From NCBI GenBank assembly GCA_902774145.1, contig CACYHC010000003.1, positions 16,254 to 80,253 of the forward strand: a DNA stretch of 64,000 nucleotides, written 5' to 3'. Under the pieces are notes generated by a model, which was not told the DNA's origin, did not search any database, and saw only the letters and a list, made by a program, of their open reading frames with translations. The DNA is from an uncultured Bacteroidia bacterium (lineage in GTDB: Bacteria > Bacteroidota > Bacteroidia > Bacteroidales > UBA932). Numbering within the stretch: position 1 is the stretch's first letter; each line of letters opens with the position of its first letter. The position numbers and the translations under genes are program-made. Positions 17,257 through 26,207 of this stretch are shown here, one piece after another.

Positions 17257-19947
17257 CTAGAACAGGGTCAGTTGGCCGTCGGATTCCAGGCCTTCGGCAT
17301 CCGGGAGGCCGGCGATGTTTTCGGGGTGGTTGTCCCCGATGCCGGAGAGGATATCGACGCCCTCTTCGACGGCAGGCTCCGGCTCCTCGTCCTCCGGCCG
17401 CACCAGCGGCTCGATGAAGCGGACGAGCTTGACCTCGCCCCGGTCCACGCACTTCTTGCCCTTGGCGCCGATGCCCTTCTTGGCAATCCACTCCTCCGCC
17501 TCCACGATATCGGCGGGCTTGTCGGAAATTTTCCAGATGACCTCGTAGCGGGGATGCAGGTCGTCGCTCAGGCCGGCGAGGAAGGACTTCGCCCCGTCGG
17601 CAATGAAAGAGAGCGGCGTATTGTCGCTCACGACAAAGGAGAAGCGCTTCACATAGAAAGCCTTGGCGGCGGCATCCCAGTAGAGGGCGGTAAAGGTCTT
17701 GTTCGGGTCGAACTTCTCGATGCGCAGCACGTCGCCCTGGTACTTGTTCACCAGGTCGAAGGAAGTGGTATAGAAGGTACCGTTCTTGAAAATCGCCAGG
17801 ACCTTGTCGTCGGAAGAGAACTGGCCGAGATACTGCCCGCGGCCGTCCTCGTTGAGTTTCTGGATGTCGGCGTCGTACCAGATATCCTTGCCGGCGATGG
17901 TGGAAACGCCCTGCGCGCGGAGGGTAATCTTGCTGACGACATTCTTGGTCACCAGATTGCCCCGGACCCCTTTTCCCTTGATGGCCAGGGTCGAGAAATC
18001 GAAATCGAAATTCGTCTTTTTGAGCTTCGGCCGGGGCCGGAGTTGCACCCGCACCGTCTCCGCCTCGCCGTTGTGGTTCACGCTCAGCCACTCGACGCGC
18101 GAATCGGGCGTGCCGGCGGTGAGGTCGTAATCCCGGTCACGGGTGACGGAGGTCAGAGCAAAACGCTTGGCGTAATAGAGCGAGGTCTTGCCGTCGCGGT
18201 AAATGGCATTGTAGACCGTGCGCGCATCGCCGCGGTTGAACACGCCGACATAGAGCAGGTCCTTGCCGTAGAAGGCCTTGTCGCTGACCTTTGCGATGCG
18301 GTAGTGCCCGTCGCGGCCGATGACGATGATTTCCGAAAGGTCGGAACAGTCGCAGATGTATTCGCCGCCGTCGTCGCGCTTGAGCCCGATGCCCACGAAG
18401 CCCTCGGCGAGATTTGCCTGCAGCTTGGCGTTGTTGTTCACCACGCGGGTAGCGGCGATGCTCTCGAAGCCCGTCAGGGTGGTGCGGCGCGGGAAGTCCT
18501 TGCCGTATTTCTTCTTCAGGGCCTTGAACCAGTCGATCGTATAGCGGTTGATGTGCGCCAGGTTCTCCATGACGGCGTCCATCTGCTCGTCCAGGGCGCG
18601 GATATGCTCGTCCATCGCCTTGACGTCGAACTTGGAAATCTTGCGGACCGGCTTCTCCACCAGACGCTCGATGTCCTCCATGATGATTTCGCGCCGGAGG
18701 CTGTCCTGGAAGGCCAGCATCCGCTCGAACACCTCGCCAATCTGCGTCTCCCAGTCCGGATGATCGTGCTCGAGCACCTTGTAGATGCGGTTCTCGAAGA
18801 AAATCTTCTCCAGCGACGAGTAGTGCCAGTCGTTCTCCAGTTTGGAGAGTTTCAGGTCCAGCTGCTGCCGGAGCAGTTCGCGGGTATGGTTCGTGGAGTA
18901 CTCCAGGATATCGTTCACGCTGAGGAACTGCGGCTTGCTGTCCACGATGACGCAGGCATTGGGCGCAAGGTTGTATTCGCAGTCCGTAAAGGCGTAGAGC
19001 GCGTCGATGGTCTTATCCGGCGACACGTCTCCGGGCAGGTGAATCAGGATTTCCACCTTGTCGGTGGTCATATCATCGATTTTCTTGATCTTGATCTTGC
19101 CCTTGTCCCGGGCCTTCAGGATGGAATCGATGATCATATGCGTGGTCTTGCCGTACGGCAGTTCCGTAATGGAAATGGTGCTCTTGTCGATCTTCTCGAT
19201 CTTCGCGCGCACCTTCACGCTGCCGCCGCGCCGGCCTTCCATATATTTCGAGCAGTCGGCAAAACCGCCCGTCGGGAAATCGGGATACAGTTCGTAGGGC
19301 TTACCTTCGAGAATCGCCACCGACGCGTCGATGAGCTCATTGAAATTGTGGGGCAGGATCTTCGAAGCCATACCCACGGCGATGCCGTCCGTACCCTGCG
19401 CCAGCAGCAGCGGGAAGCGCACGGGCAACTCGACGGGCTCCTTGTTGCGGCCGTCGTAGGAGTTCATCCAGTGGGTGATTTCCGGATCGAAGATGACTTC
19501 CTTCGCGAATTTGCTCAGGCGCGCCTCGATGTATCGGGGCGCCGCGTTGGAATCGCCGGTAAGGATATTGCCCCAGTTTCCCTGGCAGTCGATGCAGTAG
19601 CCCTTCTGCCCCAGTTGCACGAGCGCGCCGAGAATGGACGCATCGCCGTGGGGGTGGTACTGCATCGCCTGGCCCACAATGTTCGCGACCTTGGTGTAGG
19701 CGCCGTCGTCCATACGGTACATCGCGTGCAGGACGCGCCGCTGTACGGGCTTCAGACCGTCCACGATATGCGGAACGGCACGGTAGAGGATGACATACGA
19801 CGAGTAATCCAGGAACCAGTCCTTGAACATCCCGGAGAGTTTGTACTTCCGGGAATCGCTGCCCAGCAGCCGGGCGAATTTACCGCTCTGCTCCTCAGCC
19901 CCTTCTTCAATGGGTTCTTCCTGAATGATATCGTCGTATTCTTCCAT
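17257..19947 (-). CDS. parC: DNA topoisomerase IV subunit A (Bacteroidota ParC type)
   Basis: RAVPHIVDGLKPVQRR, YHPHGDASI, AAPRYIEARL, GIAVGMASKILPHNF. Confidence 0.9.
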   Translation of the reverse strand: MEEYDDIIQEEPIEEGAEEQSGKFARLLGSDSRKYKLSGMFKDWFLDYSSYVILYRAVPHIVDGLKPVQRRVLHAMYRMDDGAYTKVANIVGQAMQYHPHGDASILGALVQLGQKGYCIDCQGNWGNILTGDSNAAPRYIEARLSKFAKEVIFDPEITHWMNSYDGRNKEPVELPVRFPLLLAQGTDGIAVGMASKILPHNFNELIDASVAILEGKPYELYPDFPTGGFADCSKYMEGRRGGSVKVRAKIEKIDKSTISITELPYGKTTHMIIDSILKARDKGKIKIKKIDDMTTDKVEILIHLPGDVSPDKTIDALYAFTDCEYNLAPNACVIVDSKPQFLSVNDILEYSTNHTRELLRQQLDLKLSKLENDWHYSSLEKIFFENRIYKVLEHDHPDWETQIGEVFERMLAFQDSLRREIIMEDIERLVEKPVRKISKFDVKAMDEHIRALDEQMDAVMENLAHINRYTIDWFKALKKKYGKDFPRRTTLTGFESIAATRVVNNNAKLQANLAEGFVGIGLKRDDGGEYICDCSDLSEIIVIGRDGHYRIAKVSDKAFYGKDLLYVGVFNRGDARTVYNAIYRDGKTSLYYAKRFALTSVTRDRDYDLTAGTPDSRVEWLSVNHNGEAETVRVQLRPRPKLKKTNFDFDFSTLAIKGKGVRGNLVTKNVVSKITLRAQGVSTIAGKDIWYDADIQKLNEDGRGQYLGQFSSDDKVLAIFKNGTFYTTSFDLVNKYQGDVLRIEKFDPNKTFTALYWDAAAKAFYVKRFSFVVSDNTPLSFIADGAKSFLAGLSDDLHPRYEVIWKISDKPADIVEAEEWIAKKGIGAKGKKCVDRGEVKLVRFIEPLVRPEDEEPEPAVEEGVDILSGIGDNHPENIAGLPDAEGLESDGQLTLF

Positions 19948-19951
19948 AAGC

Positions 19952-20842
19952 CTAATCTTCGTAGCCGAACTTGCGGAGTTCCCGGCGGCTTTCGCGCCAG
20001 TCGGGGTCCACTTTCACATAGGTGCGCAGGAAGACCTTCTTCTGGAAAAAGTCCTCCATATCCAGCCGCGCCTGTGTTCCGGTGCGCTTGAGCGCCTCGC
20101 CGCGGCGGCCGATGAGAATCCCCTTCTGGGACTCGCGCATCACATAAATCACCGCGTCGATGTCATAGCGCTCGGCGCCTTCCCGGAAGGACTCGATGCC
20201 CACCTCGCAGCAGTAGGGAATTTCTTCCTTGTAATTGAGCAGGATTTTCTCGCGCAGGATTTCCGACGCGAAAAACCGCAGGTTCCGGTCCGTAAACGCA
20301 TCCTTGTCGAACCAGGGCGGACATTCGGGGAGTTTCTCCACCACCGCGGCGAGGATGCTTTCCAGATTGAACTTCTCCTGCGCCGATGCGGGGAAAACCT
20401 GCGCGGCGGGCAGCCGCTCCTGCCACTCCTTCATCAGCGTCACGACCTTGTCCTGCGCGCTGAGGTCGATTTTGTTGAGGACGACGATGACCGGACAAGC
20501 GATTTCGCGCAGTTTCTGCACATACTCGCCGTTCTTCTCCGGGTCCTCGACGGTATCCGTCACATAGAGGATGAGGTCGGCGTCGCCAATGGCCCCCTGC
20601 ACGAAATTCATCATATTCTGCTGCAGGCGGTAGGAGGGCTTCAGGATGCCTGGCGTGTCGGAAAAGACGATTTGCCATTCGCCCTTTTCATCCTCGCCGT
20701 TCACGATGCCCATGATCCGGTGCCGGGTGGTCTGCGCCTTGGCGGTGACGATGGAGAGCTTCTCCCCCACCATCGCGTTCATCAGCGTGGACTTCCCGAC
20801 ATTCGGGTTGCCGATGATATTGACGAAGCCGGAACGGTGCAT
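19952..20842 (-). CDS. era: GTPase Era
   Basis: GNPNVGKSTL, QTTR, DTPG, NKID, KH-domain ILIGRRGE. Confidence 0.95.
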   Translation of the reverse strand: MHRSGFVNIIGNPNVGKSTLMNAMVGEKLSIVTAKAQTTRHRIMGIVNGEDEKGEWQIVFSDTPGILKPSYRLQQNMMNFVQGAIGDADLILYVTDTVEDPEKNGEYVQKLREIACPVIVVLNKIDLSAQDKVVTLMKEWQERLPAAQVFPASAQEKFNLESILAAVVEKLPECPPWFDKDAFTDRNLRFFASEILREKILLNYKEEIPYCCEVGIESFREGAERYDIDAVIYVMRESQKGILIGRRGEALKRTGTQARLDMEDFFQKKVFLRTYVKVDPDWRESRRELRKFGYED

Positions 20843-21963
20843 CAGCTGTAGGCCCCCATTTTAAGGATGTTGACCTCGCCCTCGCTGAGATAGCGCCATT
20901 CGCCTTTCTTGAGCCCGCGCTTCGTCAGCCCGGCGAAATACACGCGGTCCAGGGTCTTCACCGTATAGCCCAGCGATTCGAAAATCCGGCGCACGATGCG
21001 GTTCTTGCCCGAATGGATCTCGATACCGAGCTTGCGGTGGTCGCCCTCGTCGATGAATTCCAGTTCATCCGCGGCGATAGGGCCGTCCGTCAGGGTAATC
21101 CCGGAAAGGATGGCGTCGTAGTCTTCCTGGCTCAGGGGACGGTCCAGGCCCACCTGGTAGATTTTCTTCTTGTCGTAGGAGGGATGCGTCAGGCGCTCGG
21201 CCATTTCCCCGTCGTTGGTAAACATCAGCACGCCGGTCGTGGCCTTGTCCAGACGGCCCACGGGATAAACCCTCGCCGTACAGCCCTTCAGCAGGTCCAT
21301 AACGGTGCGGTCCGCATGCGGGTCGCCCGCCGTGGTGACATAGCCTGCGGGCTTGTTCATCACGATATAGACCTTCTCTTCGCCCTTGAGGCGCTCGCCG
21401 TTGAAGCGGACCTCGTCCTTGAGCGGATTGACCTTGGTGCCGAGTTCGGTCACCACCTCGCCGTTCACCGTCACGACGCCCGCCTGGATGAGGGTGTCGG
21501 CCTCGCGGCGAGAGCACACGCCGGAATTGGCGATGTAGCGGTTCAGGCGGATTTCCTCCTTGGGAGCGAGGGGCTCGGTGAAGGCGGTCTTTGCCTCCCC
21601 TTCCTCACGCCGGCGCGTAATCATCCGGTTGATGCCCTCGTCGGCATCCCGGCGGCGGGGTTTGCCGAAGGGCTTGGCCCCCGGACGGCCCGCCGGTTTC
21701 CCGTAAGACCGGGTACCGGGACGGCCCGCCGGGCGTTCGCCCGGCTTTCCGTAGGCCTTGCGCTCGCCGAAAGGCTTCCGTTCACCGAAAGGCTTATGCT
21801 CACCGAAGGGCTTGTGCTCCCCTTCCGTCTTGTGTTCGCCGTATGTTTTGCGCCCGCCGAAGCTCTTCCGCTCGCCGCGCGGCGCGTCGTTTCCCTCACT
21901 GCGCGGCCCTGCAGGCCGCCTCGGACGCAGTTTGCGTCCGTCTTTCGAATACCCTTCCATCAC
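20842..21963 (-). CDS. rluB: 23S rRNA pseudouridine synthase, RluB/RsuA family, with disordered N-terminus
   Basis: IRLNRYIANSGVCSRREAD S4 domain, YPVGRLD catalytic motif, GKNRIVRRIF. Confidence 0.85.
   Translation of the reverse strand: MMEGYSKDGRKLRPRRPAGPRSEGNDAPRGERKSFGGRKTYGEHKTEGEHKPFGEHKPFGERKPFGERKAYGKPGERPAGRPGTRSYGKPAGRPGAKPFGKPRRRDADEGINRMITRRREEGEAKTAFTEPLAPKEEIRLNRYIANSGVCSRREADTLIQAGVVTVNGEVVTELGTKVNPLKDEVRFNGERLKGEEKVYIVMNKPAGYVTTAGDPHADRTVMDLLKGCTARVYPVGRLDKATTGVLMFTNDGEMAERLTHPSYDKKKIYQVGLDRPLSQEDYDAILSGITLTDGPIAADELEFIDEGDHRKLGIEIHSGKNRIVRRIFESLGYTVKTLDRVYFAGLTKRGLKKGEWRYLSEGEVNILKMGAYS
21755..21862 (-). repeat. Degenerate 18-bp tandem repeat (about six copies) encoding (F/Y)GE(H/R)KP-like hexapeptides
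   Basis: GGCTTCCGTTCACCGAAA / GGCTTATGCTCACCGAAG / GGCTTGTGCTCCCCTTCC etc. Confidence 0.7.
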
Positions 21964-22754
21964 TTCAATTTAAATATGTAGGTAATTGTGCCTTCCTGCA
22001 GGGCAGGGGCATCTGCTTTCATTTTGAATTTGCTCTTCATCGCCGCGGCGCGGGCGGCCGCCCAGAGCGCCGGGCTGGAGGTCGTGGTGCCGGGAGCGCC
22101 GGCCTGGGCCTTCTCGACTTGGCCGTACTGGTTCACCCAGATGGTCACCACCACGGTGCCGCTCTCCTGCTCCTTATAAACAGGCCGCGGCAGGTCTCCA
22201 TCGGTAGTCCGCCCCTCCAGATGGGCGTTCGGCACGCCCTCCATCTTGCCGACCGGGGCATTGCCGTCGGGATTGCCGTCGCTCTGGCGCCCGCCGTCGG
22301 CCTCCTTTTTGGTCTGCTCTCCGGCACTCTTGTCCTTCTTGGACATACCGGGGAAAAGGGAGCGCGGGTCGATGGTCTCGACGGTCTCCTCAGGCTGCGC
22401 GGGGGTTTCGACATCGCCGAAATCATTGCCCGTAGGCGCGGGATTGGACGCATCGCCGGAAGTGGCGTCGTTAATATTGCTGCGCTTGACGAGCTCCACG
22501 GGCTTGGTCTTGTCCACTTCCTCGGCACGCGGCTCGATATTCCGGGAGATGATGCGCGGCGGCGCAGGCTGTTCCTCCAGTTCGTCGGTGAAATCCAGCA
22601 GGAAAGTGGATTCCGGCGGCGGCGGGTAGATGTAACTGAGCCCGCTGAAACTCAGCGTCAGGAGCAGCAGCACGTGCACCAGGGCCGCGAGACCCGCCCC
22701 CAGAAGGTTGCTGCGGCTCTCGTTGCGTTTCCTTTCCCTGAGAAAATTTTCCAT
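21960..22754 (-). CDS. TonB-family energy transducer
   Basis: N-terminal TM with a His (LVHVLLLL), P/E-rich linker, TonB C-terminal fold (GTVVVTIWVNQYGQV...GTITYIF); follows exbD. Confidence 0.75.
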   Translation of the reverse strand: MENFLRERKRNESRSNLLGAGLAALVHVLLLLTLSFSGLSYIYPPPPESTFLLDFTDELEEQPAPPRIISRNIEPRAEEVDKTKPVELVKRSNINDATSGDASNPAPTGNDFGDVETPAQPEETVETIDPRSLFPGMSKKDKSAGEQTKKEADGGRQSDGNPDGNAPVGKMEGVPNAHLEGRTTDGDLPRPVYKEQESGTVVVTIWVNQYGQVEKAQAGAPGTTTSSPALWAAARAAAMKSKFKMKADAPALQEGTITYIFKLK

Positions 22755-22755
22755 C

Positions 22756-23166
22756 CTACTCGGGTTGTGTCGCCAGGATTACTTTGTAGTGGTTGCGCTT
22801 GGCAATATTCATCACCTGCACGATTTCCTTGATAGGAACGGTCTCGTCGGCGTAAATGGAGAAGGTGGGGTCTTCCTCGTTCTGGAGAAGGTCCACCAGA
22901 CTGTCTTCCACCTCGGCGAAGGCGATGGGCTGCTCGTCCCCGTTGATATGGTAGGTATAGCGGTCCTCGCCCCAGTCCTTGATGGAGACGCTCACCGTGG
23001 CCTTGGATGACACCTGGCCTGTGCTCTTGGGAAGCAGGAGTTTCAGGGCGTTGGGGTTCACCAGCGTGGAGGTCACCAGGAAGAAAATGAGCAGGAGGAA
23101 CACGATGTCCGTCATCGACGACATCGAGATGTTCGGGTCCGCCCGCAGAGTTCTTTTGAGTGCCAT
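22756..23166 (-). CDS. exbD: Biopolymer transporter ExbD/TolR
   Basis: MSSMTDIVFLLLIFFLVTS, IYADETVP. Confidence 0.85.
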   Translation of the reverse strand: MALKRTLRADPNISMSSMTDIVFLLLIFFLVTSTLVNPNALKLLLPKSTGQVSSKATVSVSIKDWGEDRYTYHINGDEQPIAFAEVEDSLVDLLQNEEDPTFSIYADETVPIKEIVQVMNIAKRNHYKVILATQPE

Positions 23167-23840
23167 TACTGAGGTTGCTCGACAAGGTCCATAAATTCAA
23201 TCGTGGCGCTTTCCATCCCCGCCACCAGGTCGGAAATCTTCGACGTGAGGATATTGTAGCCGAAGAAGGCGAGAATACCCACGACCAGACCGCCGACGGT
23301 GGTGATCATCGCCGTGTAGATACCGCTGGAGAGCAGGGTGATATCGATATTGTTGCCGGCTATCGACATATTGAAGAAGGCCTGCACCATACCGATTACG
23401 GTGCCGAGGAAACCGATCATCGGCGCGCCGCCGGCAATCGTGGCCAGGTAGGGCAGCCCCTTTTCGAGCCGCGCCACCTCCACGTTACCCACGTTCTCGA
23501 TCGCGGTACGGATATCGCCGAGCGGCTTGCCCACGCGTGCGACGCCCGCCTCCACCATCCGCGCCACGGGATTGTCATACTTGGAGCAGAGGGTCCGGGC
23601 GGAATCGACTTTGCCTTCCTTGAGGTAATCGCGGATATCCAGCATGAAGTTCTTGTCCACCTTCTGGGCCTGGCGGATCATCCACCATTTCTTGCCGAAG
23701 ATGTAAAGGGCGAGAATGGAAAGCAAAAGGAGCACCAGCATCAGCCAGCCGCCTTTCTTGGCCATTTCAATCAGCGAAAACGACATTTCCTGTGCAACGG
23801 GTTCCGCTGCGATGTCGGCCTGGAGTAAGTTGAAAAGCAT
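23166..23840 (-). CDS. exbB: MotA/TolQ/ExbB proton channel protein
   Basis: LATIAGGAPMIGFLGTVIGMVQAF, GIYTAMITTVGGL. Confidence 0.85.
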   Translation of the reverse strand: MLFNLLQADIAAEPVAQEMSFSLIEMAKKGGWLMLVLLLLSILALYIFGKKWWMIRQAQKVDKNFMLDIRDYLKEGKVDSARTLCSKYDNPVARMVEAGVARVGKPLGDIRTAIENVGNVEVARLEKGLPYLATIAGGAPMIGFLGTVIGMVQAFFNMSIAGNNIDITLLSSGIYTAMITTVGGLVVGILAFFGYNILTSKISDLVAGMESATIEFMDLVEQPQ

Positions 23841-23858
23841 ATCTTGAATTGTGTTTTG

Positions 23859-25601
23859 TTATTTCCAAATGATGTCCGAGTCGCGCTTGCGGATGTCCCG
23901 CACGCGGAGCTGGATGGTGGCGTTGCCGCGATAGTAGTTCTCGACGATGGAGTAGCAGATATCGAAGGGATTGCCGTCGTGGATGTACTCGTAGCAGTCG
24001 GCCATATTGAAGGCGATGGCGGGAATCTGGTGGTAGGGCTGGGATTCCTGGATCAGGTCCAGCTTGAGGTGCAGGCCGCCGGCGCCCACCTTGCGTCCCG
24101 CTCCGGAGTCGTACACGTTCTCGGTCACGAAGACGGGATTGCCGTTCCCCGGGCCGAAGGGCTGGAACTGCTTGAGGATGCGGAAGAACTTGGGCGTGAT
24201 GCGGGAGAAATCCAGCACGGCGTCCACGTCCACCACGGGAACCAGCATCTCCTCGTTCAGGTGCGCGCCCACGAAGCGGTCCATCCGCGTACAGAACTCC
24301 GCCAGGTTTTCCTCCTTCAGGGTCAGGCCCGCGGCGTACACGTGCCCGCCGAAGTTCTCCAGCAGGTCCGCGCAGCTGTCAATCGACTGGTACAGGTCGA
24401 AACCTTGCACGCTGCGCGCCGAGCCCGTCACGAAGCCGTTGGACTTGGTCAGCACGACGGCGGGCTTGTAGTAGGCCTCCACGAGGCGGGAGGCCACGAT
24501 GCCCACCACCCCCTTGTTCCACTTGGGATTGTAGACGATGGTGACGTTCCCCGACGAAAGGCAGCTCCCCTGCTCCACCATCTCCAGCGCCTCCTGGGTA
24601 ATTTCCCGGTCGATATTCTTGCGTTCGTTGTTGTTCTCGTTGATCTGCTGCCCCACGGCCATCGCCGTCCGCTCGTCGGCGGCATTGAGCAAATCCACCG
24701 CCAGGCGCCCGGTTTCCATCCGGCCGGCCGCGTTGATGCGGGGGCCGATTTTGAAGACGATATCGTCGATGCTGACGTGCCCCTGTTCAAGGTTCGACAG
24801 CCCGATCAGCGCCTTCAGGCCTTCGCGCGGGCTCTCGTTGAGCTGCTTCAGGCCGTAATGCGCCAGCACGCGGTTTTCCCCCACCATCGTCACCAGGTCC
24901 GCGGCGATACTGACCACCAGCAGGTCGAAGAACGGCAGGAGCTCCTCGAAGGGAATGCCGTAGCGCTGGCTGTAACCCTGCACGAGCTTGAAGCCCACGC
25001 CGCAGCCGCAGAGGTCGTCGAAGGGGTAATGGCAGTCCTCGCGCTTGGGGTCGAGCACCGCGACCGCCGCCGGGAGGGAATCTTCCGGCAGGTGATGGTC
25101 GCAGACAATCACGTCGATGCCCTTGCTGCGCGCATATTCCACCTTGTCGATGGCCTTGATGCCGCAGTCCAGGGTAATCATCAGGGAGAAGCCGCCTTCG
25201 GCCGCCCAGTCGATGCCCTTGTAGGAGACGCCGTAGCCCTCGTCGTAACGGTCGGGGATGTAGAAGTCCACCTTCTGCGTAAAGCGGCGGATGAAGCCCA
25301 GGACCAGCGATACCGCGGTGGTCCCGTCCACGTCGTAATCCCCGTAAACGAGGATTTTTTCGCCGGAAACGATGGCCTTGTGCAGCCGCTCGACCGCCAG
25401 GTCCATATCCTTCATCAAGAACGGGTCGTGAAGGTCGTCCAGGCTGGGACGGAAGAAGGAGCGCGCCTGTTCGAAGGTTTCCACCCCGCGGCGCACCAAA
25501 AGCTCGGCGAGAACCCTGTCGATTCCCACCTCGGTCGCCAGACGGTCAACCTTCGCGCTGTCCACGGGTTCCCGGGACAGCCATTTGCACTCTCCTGCCA
25601 T
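23859..25601 (-). CDS. recJ: ssDNA exonuclease RecJ
   Basis: YGDYDVDG, ITLDCG, CDHH, PRINAAGR, GSARS, FGGHVYAAG. Start set at ATG 25601 because the promoter lies at 25608-25638. Confidence 0.92.
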   Translation of the reverse strand: MAGECKWLSREPVDSAKVDRLATEVGIDRVLAELLVRRGVETFEQARSFFRPSLDDLHDPFLMKDMDLAVERLHKAIVSGEKILVYGDYDVDGTTAVSLVLGFIRRFTQKVDFYIPDRYDEGYGVSYKGIDWAAEGGFSLMITLDCGIKAIDKVEYARSKGIDVIVCDHHLPEDSLPAAVAVLDPKREDCHYPFDDLCGCGVGFKLVQGYSQRYGIPFEELLPFFDLLVVSIAADLVTMVGENRVLAHYGLKQLNESPREGLKALIGLSNLEQGHVSIDDIVFKIGPRINAAGRMETGRLAVDLLNAADERTAMAVGQQINENNNERKNIDREITQEALEMVEQGSCLSSGNVTIVYNPKWNKGVVGIVASRLVEAYYKPAVVLTKSNGFVTGSARSVQGFDLYQSIDSCADLLENFGGHVYAAGLTLKEENLAEFCTRMDRFVGAHLNEEMLVPVVDVDAVLDFSRITPKFFRILKQFQPFGPGNGNPVFVTENVYDSGAGRKVGAGGLHLKLDLIQESQPYHQIPAIAFNMADCYEYIHDGNPFDICYSIVENYYRGNATIQLRVRDIRKRDSDIIWK

Positions 25602-25607
25602 ATTCTG

Positions 25608-25638
25608 CAAATTTAATCAAAATTCCGCAGGATGCAAG
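25608..25638 (-). promoter_or_regulatory. Promoter for recJ-exbB-exbD-tonB-rluB-era-parC
   Basis: Minus strand CTTG (25638-25635), 19-nt spacer, TAAATTTG (25615-25608). Confidence 0.6.
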
Positions 25639-25652
25639 CGAAAAATCTTCTC

Positions 25653-26186
25653 CTAGAACGGGAGGTCGTCGGAGCCGTCGTCGGCCATCAGGTCAATGGG
25701 GGCTTCCTGCGCAGGCGCGGGGGCCGGTGCAGGAGCGGGCGTCGGAGCCGGTGCGGCCGGATAGGGCCGGGGTGCCTGGGGCTGGGCCGGAGCCTGGTAG
25801 CCACCCTGATAAGCACCGCCCTGCGCGCCGGGCGCCTCGTCGCGGCGGCCAAGCAGCTGAATGGTGTCGGCTTCGATTTCGGTCTGGTAGCGCTTGTTGC
25901 CCGTCTGGTCCGTCCACTGGCGGGTACGGATGCGGCCCTCGATATAGAGCTGGGTGCCCTTCTTGACGAAGCGCTCCACGACGTCGGCGTTGTTGCGCCA
26001 GCAGGAAATGTTGTGCCACTCCGTGTTTTCGCGGGTCTCGCCGCTGCGGTCACGGAAGCGTTCAGATGTCGCCAGGGGGAAGCGGGCCACCTTGGCCTGC
26101 TGTCCGTTCGGGTTGTTTCCCTCGAGGTAACGTACTTCAGGATCTTTTCCAACGTTACCGATAAGCATTACTTTGTTAAGAGACAT
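25653..26186 (-). CDS. ssb: Single-stranded DNA-binding protein
   Basis: MSLNKVMLIGNVGKDPEVRY, TEWHNI, LYIEGRIRTR, acidic tail DDLPF. Confidence 0.95.
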   Translation of the reverse strand: MSLNKVMLIGNVGKDPEVRYLEGNNPNGQQAKVARFPLATSERFRDRSGETRENTEWHNISCWRNNADVVERFVKKGTQLYIEGRIRTRQWTDQTGNKRYQTEIEADTIQLLGRRDEAPGAQGGAYQGGYQAPAQPQAPRPYPAAPAPTPAPAPAPAPAQEAPIDLMADDGSDDLPF

Positions 26187-26207
26187 AATCGTATAGGGTT
26201 TAAATGG

